A DNA stretch of 64,000 nt, from positions 186,001 through 250,000 of the forward strand of contig CAKKNE010000006.1 of assembly GCA_918797485.1 (NCBI GenBank). The letters are read 5' to 3'. The first letter of the stretch is position 1. The number at the start of each line of letters is the position of its first letter. Made by a program: the position numbers and the translations under genes. This stretch comes from Pelagomonas calceolata. Its lineage: Eukaryota. Below the pieces are notes generated by a model. It was not told the origin of the DNA, did not search any database, and saw only the letters and a program-made list of their open reading frames with translations. Of the stretch, positions 11,633 through 21,848 are shown piece after piece.

Positions 11633-13225
11633 ATGAGCGCTGCAGCAGCTCAGGAGGCAGCAGCACGAGCACAGATCGAGTACTACTTCAGCTACGCCAA
11701 CTACAGTCGTGACGAGTACCTGCGCTCGCTGGCGGATGCAGATGGGTACGTCGCGCTCGACGCGCTGCAGGACTTTCCCAAGCTGCACAAGCTCACGCAG
11801 GGCGATGGCGCGCTGCTCAAGCGCGCCGCGGCGTCGTCGACGCGGCTCGAAGTGTCTGAGGACAAGGTGCGCGCGCGGCGCATCGGCGCGTCGTCGACGG
11901 GCCGCCAGGCGCAGCATTTGGTGCTCGACGCGAACGCACTAGTACGGGGCCGCGGCGCCGCGCTCCAGGCCTACGCCGACAACTTCTGGACGACGACGGA
12001 GGTGCTGGCCGAGGTCAAGGACGCCGAGAGCAGAGCGCGCCTCGCGGCCCTCCCGTTCCGCCTCGAGACGCGGCGGCCGTCCCCCCAGGCCGTAGACCGC
12101 GTCTCGCAGTTCGCGCGGAAGACGGGCGACCTCGCGTCGCTCTCGCCCGTCGACGTCCAGGTGCTGGCGCTCGCGTACGACCTCGAGCTCGAGGCGGCGG
12201 GCTCGGACGACCACCTGCGCCGCGAGCCGGAGGGCGCCGCGGCTCCGTGCGCGAAGAAGGAGCCAGCGGCGGCGGCGGCGCGGCCGGCGCCGCGGCCCAA
12301 GCCCCGGCCCGCAGTGGCGCGCACCGCGCCGCCGCCCGTGTCCTGGGCCGCCGCCGTCACGGCGCCGCCGCCGCCCGTCGCCGAGGCACCAGTCGAGGAA
12401 CCCGAGGCGGCTCCAGAACCGGCCCCGGTGCCGCCGCCAGCCGCCGAGGACCCGCCGGCACCACTGCCGCCGCCGCCGCCGGAGGTCGACGAGGCAACCA
12501 CGGCCGACGGCGCCGCCGCGCCGCCGTCGCGGATTCTCGCGGGCAACGCCATCGGCGCGATGGACGCGGCCGACGACGACGGCGTCGGCTGGCTCGACGC
12601 CGACGACGTGCAGGCGGCGGTCGCGACGGGCGAGCTGGCGTTCGACGGCCGGCGGTGCGCCGACGACGCGATGCCGCCGTGCGCGTGCGCGTGCGCCACG
12701 GCGGACTACGCGATGCAGAACGTGCTGCTGCAGCTCGGCCTGCGATTGGTCGGCGTCGACGGCCTCGTGATCGCGCGGACGAAGCGCTGGGTCCTGCGGT
12801 GCGGCGCCTGCTTCCACCTCGAGGACGACGCAAGCAAGTTGTTCTGCTCGCGGTGCGGCTCGACGCCGCTCCGACGGGTGGCCGTCGGCGTCGACGCGTC
12901 GGGCGCGCGGCGCGTCTACCTGAACAAAAACAAGGCTCCCAACGCGCGCGGCTCCAAATTCGGCCTTCCCAAGCCGGGCAAGGCGGGCCGCTACGAGGGC
13001 GAACTTTTGCTCCGGGAGGACCAGCTCCACACGGGCATCTGGCGCCAGAAGGCGGCGCGCGCGCGGTCGGCCAAGGCCGCGCGGTCGGTCTTCGGGCCCG
13101 AGGTCACGGAGTCGCTCGAGGCGCTCCAGCTCGTGCAGCGCGCCAATTTGACCGTCGGCGTCGGGCGGAAGAATCCGAACGCCATGTCGAACGGTCGCGA
13201 GCGGAGAGGAAAGAAGAAAAAGTAG
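11633..13225 (+). CDS. NOB1: NOB1 20S pre-rRNA D-site endonuclease with an N-terminal La-motif (HTH) domain
   Basis: QIEYYFS..N..D..L..DGYV.L..F.KL (La motif); HLVLDANAL PIN domain, FARKTGDLASLSPVD, TADYAMQNVLLQLGL, Zn ribbon CGAC..FCSRCG. Confidence 0.9.
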   Translation: MSAAAAQEAAARAQIEYYFSYANYSRDEYLRSLADADGYVALDALQDFPKLHKLTQGDGALLKRAAASSTRLEVSEDKVRARRIGASSTGRQAQHLVLDANALVRGRGAALQAYADNFWTTTEVLAEVKDAESRARLAALPFRLETRRPSPQAVDRVSQFARKTGDLASLSPVDVQVLALAYDLELEAAGSDDHLRREPEGAAAPCAKKEPAAAAARPAPRPKPRPAVARTAPPPVSWAAAVTAPPPPVAEAPVEEPEAAPEPAPVPPPAAEDPPAPLPPPPPEVDEATTADGAAAPPSRILAGNAIGAMDAADDDGVGWLDADDVQAAVATGELAFDGRRCADDAMPPCACACATADYAMQNVLLQLGLRLVGVDGLVIARTKRWVLRCGACFHLEDDASKLFCSRCGSTPLRRVAVGVDASGARRVYLNKNKAPNARGSKFGLPKPGKAGRYEGELLLREDQLHTGIWRQKAARARSAKAARSVFGPEVTESLEALQLVQRANLTVGVGRKNPNAMSNGRERRGKKKK

Positions 13226-13230
13226 TAAGG

Positions 13231-13851
13231 TCAGTACATGTCTTTACCCGCGTCGAGCAGCCCCCAGAGCTCCTCGGCGACCTCGAAGGGCGTCTTCGTC
13301 GTCGTGTCGATGCGGAAGCGCTTCACGCAGTGCGCGTCGTCCAAATGGACCGACCCGGCGATGACGCCGTCGCCCGCGTCCGGCGCCCAGGCGATCTTCG
13401 CAATGTCGCGATACAGCGCGACGGCGTTCTCGAGGACGCGCAGGCCGGGGCTCGTCGCCCGCTCTTCCGCGACGGCGATTGAGGATTCCTCCGAGGCCGG
13501 CGCCGACGCGAGCCGCTCGCGCTCGAGGTCCGCCATCTCGGCCGTCAGCCGCAGGTACTCGGAGCCGTCGCCGCTCGCGCGGCGGCCCGCGTCCTTGGTG
13601 CGCGAGCGCAGGTCCTCGAGGCGCTCGGCGGCATCCTCGGCGGCCGGCGTGGTCGCGGCCTCGTTCTCGGGCGCCGCCGGCGGTTCGACTCGCGCTGTCT
13701 GGCGCTGCGCTTTCGCCGCGTCGTCGAGCTCGCGCTGGGTGCGCCGCGTGTCTTCGCGGGCTTCGGCCAGGAGCCGCCGCACGGCCTCGCAGCGCGCGCG
13801 GAGTTTGGCGTCCTGTTCGGCGAATGTGTCGTCGATGGTTGTTACGGTCAT
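13231..13851 (-). CDS. SPC24: Kinetochore Ndc80-complex subunit Spc24-like
   Basis: N-terminal coiled coil; C-terminal LY..IAKIAW...G....F.ID....FEVAEELWGLL typical of the Spc24 RWD domain. Confidence 0.65.
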   Translation of the reverse strand: MTVTTIDDTFAEQDAKLRARCEAVRRLLAEAREDTRRTQRELDDAAKAQRQTARVEPPAAPENEAATTPAAEDAAERLEDLRSRTKDAGRRASGDGSEYLRLTAEMADLERERLASAPASEESSIAVAEERATSPGLRVLENAVALYRDIAKIAWAPDAGDGVIAGSVHLDDAHCVKRFRIDTTTKTPFEVAEELWGLLDAGKDMY

Positions 13852-14261
13852 TGTTTGTCCACCGGCGGCCAGAGCCTGTTTTTTTTTTTTTGAATTTGTA
13901 GGGCTGGAATGCGTTTCCCCAGGACTGCTCTTTCGTGTGCTGTCGCACGGGTCGTCTGGATGCTCGAGATGCTGGCTTATTGCGTCAGCGGAGGTTTTGG
14001 CGCCGAGCGCGGGCTAAAAAACGCGGCGCAGCATTTGTGCCCAATTCGGGTTGTATTCGAACGACGTCTCCAGGGAGGACGCGTCCGAGAATTACGACGA
14101 CAATTCCGCGGCGCGCGCGGCTGTACTACTGTGTGGGTATTCGATTTCGGGCCGTCGACATCTCGTTCGTGTACGGCGGCGCTGCAGCAGCCCCTTGCCA
14201 TATTGATGCAATAGCAGCACGCGGCTGCGAACCAGTACCATTCTGCTTCGCGTGCGGCACA

Positions 14262-15131
14262 ATGGCGGACGGCGCGGCAGTAATTGGTTCTAGCAAGCAA
14301 ATAAAACTCGAGCTCTTGGGAATTGCCTTGAAATCGTATGACTGGGTGACTAACCACATCGAATTGTTCGAAGCGGGAGAATGTGATCTGTCCTTAAACA
14401 CGCTCATCAGTGTGGCTTCAAAGCACCTCGTCGCTATTGAAAATTGGCATTTAAATTGCATGAGCGTCGATGCTTCGGATCTCGAATGGAGTGAGATATT
14501 CCGGGACGCCATACCGAGCATCTACAAGTGGATCGGGCGCTGGCGAGACGCCGCCACTGAGGCTGCTTCCCTTGGGTTGGGCGGCTATATTTCATGCAAA
14601 TACTGGAAGCAAAACATTGAGCTGCCCGAAGTGATCACCAAGGCCCGAAAGTGGTTCGCTCTGGCGGAACAGCTGGTGAAAAAGCTCCCGTTGCCGCGAA
14701 AATCGATCATCAAAGGCCATACTTTCATATCCGCCGTCGCTAAGTGTCGGAGGTTTTGGCCCCGGTACCGGTGCTTGTCCATAGTAGGTTGGGTCCACAA
14801 ATGGAGTTTGCTACTGGCGAAGTGGGCTCATACGCGCGCGTATTTCAATAAATGTGAGTTCGATGCTCACTACCTCACTCTAGCCGAGGCTCAAGACGCC
14901 CTCACGAGGCTCGAAAAACAGCAGACGGCGTTCCGCGCGATTATGCTCAAAAAGCGGACGTGCGCCCACTGCGGGACGACGGGTCCTCTCTCTCAGAGAT
15001 CGTTCGCCTATTGCGGTGGTTGCCGGGACTCGGGCGTCGCGCGCGTAGACTGGTCGCGATACTGCAGCGAGGCGTGCCAGCGCGCGCACTGGGTCGCGGG
15101 GCACAAGGACGAGTGCCCGTGCGCGCATTGA
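14262..15131 (+). CDS. MYND-type zinc finger protein
   Basis: C-terminal CAHCG..CGGC..YCSEACQRAHW..HKDEC; 5' part lower GC. Confidence 0.75.
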   Translation: MADGAAVIGSSKQIKLELLGIALKSYDWVTNHIELFEAGECDLSLNTLISVASKHLVAIENWHLNCMSVDASDLEWSEIFRDAIPSIYKWIGRWRDAATEAASLGLGGYISCKYWKQNIELPEVITKARKWFALAEQLVKKLPLPRKSIIKGHTFISAVAKCRRFWPRYRCLSIVGWVHKWSLLLAKWAHTRAYFNKCEFDAHYLTLAEAQDALTRLEKQQTAFRAIMLKKRTCAHCGTTGPLSQRSFAYCGGCRDSGVARVDWSRYCSEACQRAHWVAGHKDECPCAH

Positions 15132-15167
15132 ATCTAGACCCTTAACAGACATAAAACTTACAACGCT

Positions 15168-15836
15168 TCACCGCCTTCGCCTTCGCCGCCGATCCGAATC
15201 CCGACGCCTCTTTGCCGCCCGCGGGGCGCGGAACTCGAGGCGCAGCGGCTTCTCCAGCGCGCGGACGAGCTCCAGGGCGCGGTCGTACTCGATGTACTTG
15301 CACCGCTCGCCCGCGATCTTCGACAGAACCATGCCCGGCCGCACGGTCGCGGCCACGGTGCGGGGACACGACGCCGCGAAGCCCAGCACCGCCGGCCGGC
15401 CGCTCTCGTGCTTCTCGAAGAGGATGCCCGTCGGTCGGTCGTCCTCGAGCACGACTTCGACGCGGCGCGGCGCGTCCGGCGACGACGAGGGAGAGCACGA
15501 GCGTGATCTAGACCGCGACCGGCCGCGCACGAAGTGCGGCGGCGCCGGCGGCTCCGGGCGCGCCAGCGCGGCCGGCGTCACGCGGCGGTTGTGCGACTCG
15601 ACGCCGGCGAGCGTGCGCCGCAGGAAGTGGCCGTTGTGCAGCGCGACCTTGCCCTTGCGGCCGGCGAGCGTCGCCCGCTCGTCGCCTTCCGACGACGGCG
15701 GCGGCCGCTGCGCGAGCTGCTGCAGGCGCCGCACCGCGCAGCGGTCGAGGGCGTCGTCGAGAGCCGCCGTTTCTGGTTGCGGCAGCGCGGGCGCTGGCGT
15801 CTGGAAGCGGCTCGGGTTCGGCCGCTTGCTCGTCAT
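15168..15836 (-). CDS. Small protein with RS-rich stretch and PDZ-like domain
   Basis: PTGILFE..VRPGMVLSKIAG...LRLEF resembles PDZ; ATG at 15836. Confidence 0.55.
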   Translation of the reverse strand: MTSKRPNPSRFQTPAPALPQPETAALDDALDRCAVRRLQQLAQRPPPSSEGDERATLAGRKGKVALHNGHFLRRTLAGVESHNRRVTPAALARPEPPAPPHFVRGRSRSRSRSCSPSSSPDAPRRVEVVLEDDRPTGILFEKHESGRPAVLGFAASCPRTVAATVRPGMVLSKIAGERCKYIEYDRALELVRALEKPLRLEFRAPRAAKRRRDSDRRRRRRR

Positions 15837-16148
15837 CGTCGATAGCAAAGGCGCAGCACAGCGTCCCGCAGGCTGCAGCAGCCTGGCACAGGAAAGCAGC
15901 CTGCACAGGAATGCCTTCGGTGTCGAACCGGTCAATTCCTGGTGCAGGCCGTGTGCTTCTTGAGCCCTTATCTAGCCGGGGCGCGCCCGGCGTTAGCCTA
16001 TTGAGCCGCCCGCAGCGCCAGCAGCAGGTGCACAGCGCTGGGCTTGGGTGAGTGTGTGCGAGTCGTTTTCACGCCCGAGGGCTGCAACGGCCTGCGGGTC
16101 TTAGCAAATAGTAGGAGGAGCCACAGAAATGCACGCCGCGACGACAAA

Positions 16149-17003
16149 ATGAGCGCTGCACCACCGCGCGGCCGGGTGGCCTGCGTCCAGCTGGAGCCGG
16201 TCCACGGCCAGCCCGACGCGAGCCGGGCGAAATGCGACGCTCTCCTGGACAGCACTCCCTTGGACGGCGTCGTGCTGATCGTGCTGCCGGAGATGGCGTT
16301 CACGGGCTATTTGTTCGACGCCGCCGCCCGCGTGCCGCGCGACGCCGAGCAAACGCAGAGGTGGTGCGTCGAGCGCGCGCGGCGGCACGGCTGCGTCGTG
16401 GTCTGCGGCGCCCCGAGGCACGCTGGGAACAACGTGTATAATGCGCAGCTCGTCGCGCGATCCGACGGCACGACCACGTGGTACGACAAGCGCCACCTCT
16501 ACGACGCCGACGAGGCCTGGTGCACCGAGGGCGCGAACCCCTTCCAGAGCCTCGGCGACGCCATCGCGGACGAGCGGCTCGGACTGGGCATCTGCATGGA
16601 TATCAATCCCTACCGCTTCACGGGTCCGGGCGGCGAGCTGGCCTCGTTCCACCGGGACGCCGGCACGTCGATCCTGGCGTTCTCGAGCGCCTGGTGCGAG
16701 AACCACCCGTCCGACCCGCCGAGCGTCGTGCGGCGCGAGCGCGGCGTCGCGCCGGCGGCGCGCCAGCGGCGAACAATCCAAGGGTGGCTGCGGCGGCTCG
16801 AGCCGCTCGAAAACTGCATTTTTGTGTGCGCGGACCGCGTCGGACGGGAGCCCCTGACGTGCCTGGGCCTCGGGGAGGGCGACTGCGTCTTCTGCGGCGC
16901 GTCGTGCGTCCTGGACCTGGCGACCGGAACGTTGCTGGGCGCGCTGTCGACGACCGAGGAGGGCGTGCTGGTCGTGGACCTGCCCGACCGCCACTGCGAC
17001 TAA
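16149..17003 (+). CDS. Carbon-nitrogen hydrolase (nitrilase superfamily), protein N-terminal amidase Nta1-like
   Basis: VLPEMAFTGY, YDKRHLY, GICMDINPY (E-K-C triad). Confidence 0.85.
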   Translation: MSAAPPRGRVACVQLEPVHGQPDASRAKCDALLDSTPLDGVVLIVLPEMAFTGYLFDAAARVPRDAEQTQRWCVERARRHGCVVVCGAPRHAGNNVYNAQLVARSDGTTTWYDKRHLYDADEAWCTEGANPFQSLGDAIADERLGLGICMDINPYRFTGPGGELASFHRDAGTSILAFSSAWCENHPSDPPSVVRRERGVAPAARQRRTIQGWLRRLEPLENCIFVCADRVGREPLTCLGLGEGDCVFCGASCVLDLATGTLLGALSTTEEGVLVVDLPDRHCD

Positions 17004-17077
17004 GTTTTGTGTTTGTATGTCTGCCGCGGTGCGTCATTGAAGGGTAGTAATTTCCCAACCGATTAAGGCGCCCATAA

Positions 17078-18457
17078 CTAAGACGTGGCCGGTGGCGGCG
17101 CCCCCTTCCCGCGGCCGCCTTGCCGCCGGTCGCCACCGCCACGCCCTCGCCCGCCGCCGTTCGGCGGCCCCCGGGGCGGCCCGCGCGGCCCGCGCGGCGG
17201 CGGCGCGCCGTAGACCATGCCGCCCGGCGCCATGTAGGGGATCGGCGCGCCGGGGCCGCCGGGCACGCCGCCGCGCGGCGGCGGCACGTAGGCGCCGGGG
17301 TACATGGGCCCGCCGTACATGGGCATCGCTCCGTACCTGTGTGGAAATCAAATTTTACGGCGCGTTCGTGCTGAATCGTCGCGTCGTCCTCCACGCCATC
17401 GACGCGATGCCATCGACGTAGACGCACTGGTTGGTTTCCACACAGCTCCATACGGGTCGTACATGGGCGGCGCCGGGTACATCATGCCGTCGGGGCCCAT
17501 GACGAAGGTCGGCATCATCGGCGGCGGCGCCGTCGGCGGCGGCGGCGGCGCGGCGGCGCCGGGCGTGAACTCGGTGGCGCCGACGTTGAATTTGAACTCC
17601 TTCGCCGTGGCCGAGAGCTTCGTCGTTTTCTTCTCCTCGGCCGCGGCCGGCGCAGGCGCCGGCGCGGGCGCGGGCGCCGGTACCGGAGAAGGAGCCTTCT
17701 TCGCGCCGTCGTTTTTCCCGAGGCCCGGCGGCGGCGCCTTTGAAGGAGCGGGCTGGCGCACGACGCCGCTGAACCGATCCTCCTCGTCCCTCGTATCCCC
17801 GATGTCCTGGCCGCGCTCCTCGGCCAAATGGACGTTGTCCGTCCGCGCGCCCTCGATCTCCCGCGCGATCTTCTCGGCGTCCGCGCGCTGCTGCGGCGTG
17901 AGCGCCGAGGCGTCGAGCGCCGTCGTGTAGTGGTTCTCGTCGAATTCTGATTTCGTTCCAAATAAACGAGCGTTCGCCTCGAACTGGTCCCACTTCTTGC
18001 CCGGCGTCTGGCGCGCGGGCTGGTTCTTGATCTTCGGGGCCGAGAGCCAGCTGTTGTCGACGGCCTCCAGTTTCCGTCCCGCGAGGTTTCTATCTGGTCG
18101 GGCGATGTCGCCGTCCGTCCGGAACCCGGAACTCCTCGGGTCGCCGACGACGCGCGGGCAGCGGAATGTTAGTAGTTTGACCTTGTCCGCATCCAGGATC
18201 TGCGTCGACGACGGCGCCGTCGCGCGCGGGTCGGTGTCGTCGACGACTCTAGCGCCTTTCAGCACAATTTTATGAGGTAAATCCGCAAAGGGCGTGGAAG
18301 TGTGCAAAACGCCCTCGACCTTTTTGTCCCCCAGGTCGGCCTCGCCCCGCTGGCCGACGAGCAGCGCCATGACGTACAGGTAGCGGTCGCGCTTGGCCTT
18401 GTCGGCGTCGGCGGTGTACTCGGCCATGTTTTTTTGTGGCTTTATAGATGCCGACAC
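17078..18457 (-). CDS. Ataxin-2/Pbp1-like protein (Lsm, LsmAD, PAM2, Pro/Gly/Tyr-rich tail); intron 17337-17453
   Basis: FRTDGDI, WDQFEANARLFG..S.FDE..YTT.LD, HLAEERG, EEDRFSGV, PAM2 LSATAKEF/FNVGATEFTP; splicing the introner joins the tail ORF 17078-17326 in frame; start may be ATG 18427. Confidence 0.88.
17337..17445 (+). mobile_element. Introner element, antisense to its host gene; TSD ctccgtac/ctccatac
   Basis: TIR ctgtgtggaaatcaa...ttggtttccacacag; 7/8 TSD; GT donor at the start of the host-strand 5' TSD. Confidence 0.92.
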
Positions 18458-18928
18458 GGCAGGCGCACGTCGCGCGGCGCGGCGCTAGGCAGCGTGCTAA
18501 TTTGGCGGCAGGCAGTCAAGCTGGCTTAGGGGTGGCGGGGAGCAACAAAGCACGGGCGTTTCGTCTTTGGTCGCTGCGAGCGCTGCGAAGGAGTCAGGAA
18601 TGCGTGCGTATGGTACTGGGCAGGCAGCGATGCAGCGCGGCACAATTTGCGAGTCGCCGCTCGACCTCGAGCTGAGGGGTTTCATCTGGCGCCAGCTCTC
18701 TCCAGACCCGTGCCAGGCCTCGTGGCGGCGGGGAAGACTCGTCTCCATGAGTTTTACCTTGAGAAAAACCCGTGTACTCACAAAATGCGCCTGGGCTCAG
18801 TGGGCTGTGGCTCACAAGGCTATTGTAAGGTGCCAACAGCTGGTCTTGCGTGCTCGTCGGGCCACCCTGGTGGGTAGTAGCCAGACGACGACAGCTGTGG
18901 GGGTGACGCCACATCCCTAGGACACCAT

Positions 18929-19315
18929 ATGCGCCCGCTGCCGCTGCTGGCATCGATGCTGGCGCTGCGCCGCGGCCTCGCCATGAGCACTGCTGGTCCG
19001 AGGGAGCTTCGGATTACGCAAGCGCTGACGAGCGCCTTCGCACCTGCCCATCTGGAGGTCCTCAACGAGTCGCACGGCCGGCGCGAGGACGAGAGCCATT
19101 TTAAAGTAGTCGTCGTGAGCGACAAGTTCGAGGGCGTGAAACCGCTCATCAAGCGCCACCGTTTGGTGACGGCGGCCATCACGGCGGACACGGGCGGCCA
19201 GCTCGACTTCCATTCACTGAGTGTCGCGGCGGCGAAGACACCGGCGGAGTGGGACGGGGTCGTTGCGCCTTCCCCAAAGTGCGCGGGCGGCGACGGGCGG
19301 GGGACGAAGCGGTGA
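18929..19315 (+). CDS. BolA family protein with N-terminal targeting peptide
   Basis: LEVLNESHG..ESHFKVVVVSDKFEG..IKRHRLV..HSLS..AKTPAEW. Confidence 0.92.
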   Translation: MRPLPLLASMLALRRGLAMSTAGPRELRITQALTSAFAPAHLEVLNESHGRREDESHFKVVVVSDKFEGVKPLIKRHRLVTAAITADTGGQLDFHSLSVAAAKTPAEWDGVVAPSPKCAGGDGRGTKR

Positions 19316-19399
19316 CGCGTCGTCCGTAGTAACCTTGGTTTGTGGAGTACTCTTACTTATAAATAACACAGCGGGGAGGGAGGAGAGGCACCGCGATCG

Positions 19400-19684
19400 T
19401 CACCAGGGCCACCGCGGCCGCGGCTCGTCTGGTATATCAGTCGGCCGCGGCGCCATGGCCGGCCCGCGCGTCGCGTGGCTCCGCCACATGCGGTCGCGTT
19501 CAACCTTCCGCTCGTCGAAGAGCGGCACGAAGAGGCGGAACGTGACGTACGCAATAAACACGTAGAGCGTGCAGCGCCGCAGGCCCTCGCTCGTGAGGAA
19601 CAGGTCCATCCACGTGATGATTTCCCGGTCGTAGCTCGCGTAGCGCGCGGCCGGCGCGGCGTTCATCACGTGGGGCTCGACCAT
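19400..19684 (-). CDS. Small hypothetical single-pass membrane protein
   Basis: GC3-rich ORF with hydrophobic TLYVFIAYVTFRLFVPLF; no family recognised. Confidence 0.4.
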   Translation of the reverse strand: MVEPHVMNAAPAARYASYDREIITWMDLFLTSEGLRRCTLYVFIAYVTFRLFVPLFDERKVERDRMWRSHATRGPAMAPRPTDIPDEPRPRWPW

Positions 19685-20025
19685 GCTGGGCAGCGTCCGC
19701 GACCGCTGCGACGGCGTGCCGGGCTGGCTACGTGTATGTGCTGCTGTCTCTCTGGGCAGCCGCGCGCGCCACGGCACTTGCTGCAGGTGACGCTCGCCGA
19801 TCTCGGGCCTCGCTCTGTGCGCTGTTTGGGCAGCCTAGGCCGCTACCAGCAGCGACGTACGGCCGTCGCGTATGTTTCTAGTACGTCTATAATGCGCTAG
19901 CCTGAACTGCACCCTGCAAAAACTGGCTTAATAGAGCAGCGCTAAGACAACGCACGCGCATCAGGAGCTTTCCTGGCTGCATTTGTCATGCTGCACCCCT
20001 GAAGCAAGCGATTTGCGCGAGCGCG

Positions 20026-21525
20026 ATGCTGCGGCGGCTCGCCGTCACACTGTGCGGCCTGCTCGCCGCGAGGGCGCCTCACTCAGCCCTGCTCGCGCTA
20101 ACGATGCCGGGCGCGGGCTACGCGCCGCGCGCGCACGCGCCGCGCGCGCCGACGCCCCGGACGCCGTTCCGCATGCCGCGCTTGGACGCCGAGCAGCCAA
20201 GTAACGACGCGGCCGCGAAGCCGCGGCGGCGGCGGCGCCGCGGCCGGCGGCGCCGCGGCGGCAAGGGCGCGGCCGCCAAAGAAAAGACCGACGTGGTGAT
20301 TGGGGGCCCCGCGGCCGCCGGCGCCGCGGCCTCGTGGGCGCGCGGGCGGAGGCGCGACGACGTCAAGCCCAAGCCCGATGCCACGAAGAAGGAGGAGACG
20401 CCCGAGAAGGAGATGAAGCGCAAGGCGAACCGCGAGGCGGCGCAGCGGCGGCGGCGGCGGAGGCGGCGCGCGGCAGCGGCGAATCGGACCAAGGTCGAGA
20501 AAGTGGCCGTGCAGGACCCGCCCGACGCGCAGAAGCGCTGCGTGTGCGGGTATTGTGGGGAGGTCTTCGCCAGTCGCTCGAAGTTATTTAGGCACTTGCG
20601 CGAGGCGAACTCGTGCCGAACGATCGCGCTGTCGCACGGAATGCCCCTCGAGAACCCCATCAAGGCCGTCGAACGACGTCTGAGGCGCAGATACGGCGAC
20701 TTATTGTTGGCGGGCTGCATCGTGCTGCGAGTGAAGCCTGGTTTCAATCACGACCCTTCCCGAAAGGCCTCGTTCTACAAATCCCCCCGCGGCCTTTTGT
20801 TGAGGAGCCACCAGGACGAGACGGACGAAGTCAGAGACGCGCCCTACGATGTGGTCGTCGTGCGGGGCACGGAGCTGTGTGGAAAGCAAGCCATGTTTTC
20901 GGCTCCAACTTGGACACGATCTCCGAGAGATACACGCGACCGAGTGGAGAGACCACGAATGGAAGGGCGCTTGAACTTTGGTTTCCGCGCAGGCACCGAA
21001 GGCAAGCAGAAGCCGGGCTTTCCGAAAGGAAAAATCGAACCCGTCGACCGCACGATCCTGGCGGCGGCGCTGCGGGAGACGTGGGAGGAGGCCGGTCTCG
21101 CCGCGAATCAGTTACGAGCCTTACCGCACGCCGCCGAGGCCGCGGCGAACGCGTCGGCGCGCTTAGATCAACCGCAACTCTTCTCGGAGGATGAAACGGT
21201 CTTGATGGAGTCCGACGGGGCATCCGAGGGCGAGGCCGAGGACGTCGACGAGGACGACCTGAAGTTCGCGTCGGTAGACGTGCGCGAGGTCACGGGGCGG
21301 TCGGGCAAGCGCGCGCGCTACTTCGTCTGCGGCCTGCGCGAGAACCCGCCGCGGCCCGTCGAGCTGACGACGCGGCACGACGTCGACGGCGACATCGCGG
21401 ACGCGTCCTGGGTCGACGTGAACGCCGCTTTGGTTTTGTTGGAGCGGAAGCGGCGCGCGGCTCTTCGGAGAGCGGTGCTCATCTACAACGCGGACGAGCG
21501 GGGGGCGGCGGCGGCGGGTAAGTAG
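20026..21525 (+). CDS. C2H2 zinc finger + Nudix hydrolase protein with N-terminal signal-like peptide
   Basis: CGYCGEVFASRSKLFRHL; Nudix box GFPKGKIE..AALRETWEEAGL. Confidence 0.8.
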   Translation: MLRRLAVTLCGLLAARAPHSALLALTMPGAGYAPRAHAPRAPTPRTPFRMPRLDAEQPSNDAAAKPRRRRRRGRRRRGGKGAAAKEKTDVVIGGPAAAGAAASWARGRRRDDVKPKPDATKKEETPEKEMKRKANREAAQRRRRRRRRAAAANRTKVEKVAVQDPPDAQKRCVCGYCGEVFASRSKLFRHLREANSCRTIALSHGMPLENPIKAVERRLRRRYGDLLLAGCIVLRVKPGFNHDPSRKASFYKSPRGLLLRSHQDETDEVRDAPYDVVVVRGTELCGKQAMFSAPTWTRSPRDTRDRVERPRMEGRLNFGFRAGTEGKQKPGFPKGKIEPVDRTILAAALRETWEEAGLAANQLRALPHAAEAAANASARLDQPQLFSEDETVLMESDGASEGEAEDVDEDDLKFASVDVREVTGRSGKRARYFVCGLRENPPRPVELTTRHDVDGDIADASWVDVNAALVLLERKRRAALRRAVLIYNADERGAAAAGK

Positions 21526-21848
21526 CTCCTGGCCGCGATGGGTATCTCTCACGGACAGGGTGAGGACTCACTGAGGAGGGCGCGCGGGGCGGGGCACGCG
21601 AGACGGGCCGCGGGGCGCGTCCGGCCGGAGCGCGGTACTACTCCCGGAGAGGGGTACACGGGGTGCTCCGAGGCGTGCGCCCAGGCACGTGGGCCGCTTG
21701 CCTAGTGGGCTCTGCCCTTGAAAGAAGTGCCGGCGCCGGGGGCTTGTACCGGCGCTGGACTCGAGGAGTACCCGAAAGGCAAAGAGCGCCCTTGAAAAGG
21801 AGGAGTGCGGTCTACCCAACGGACGTGCGTGAGAGCTGCCCGCCGACC

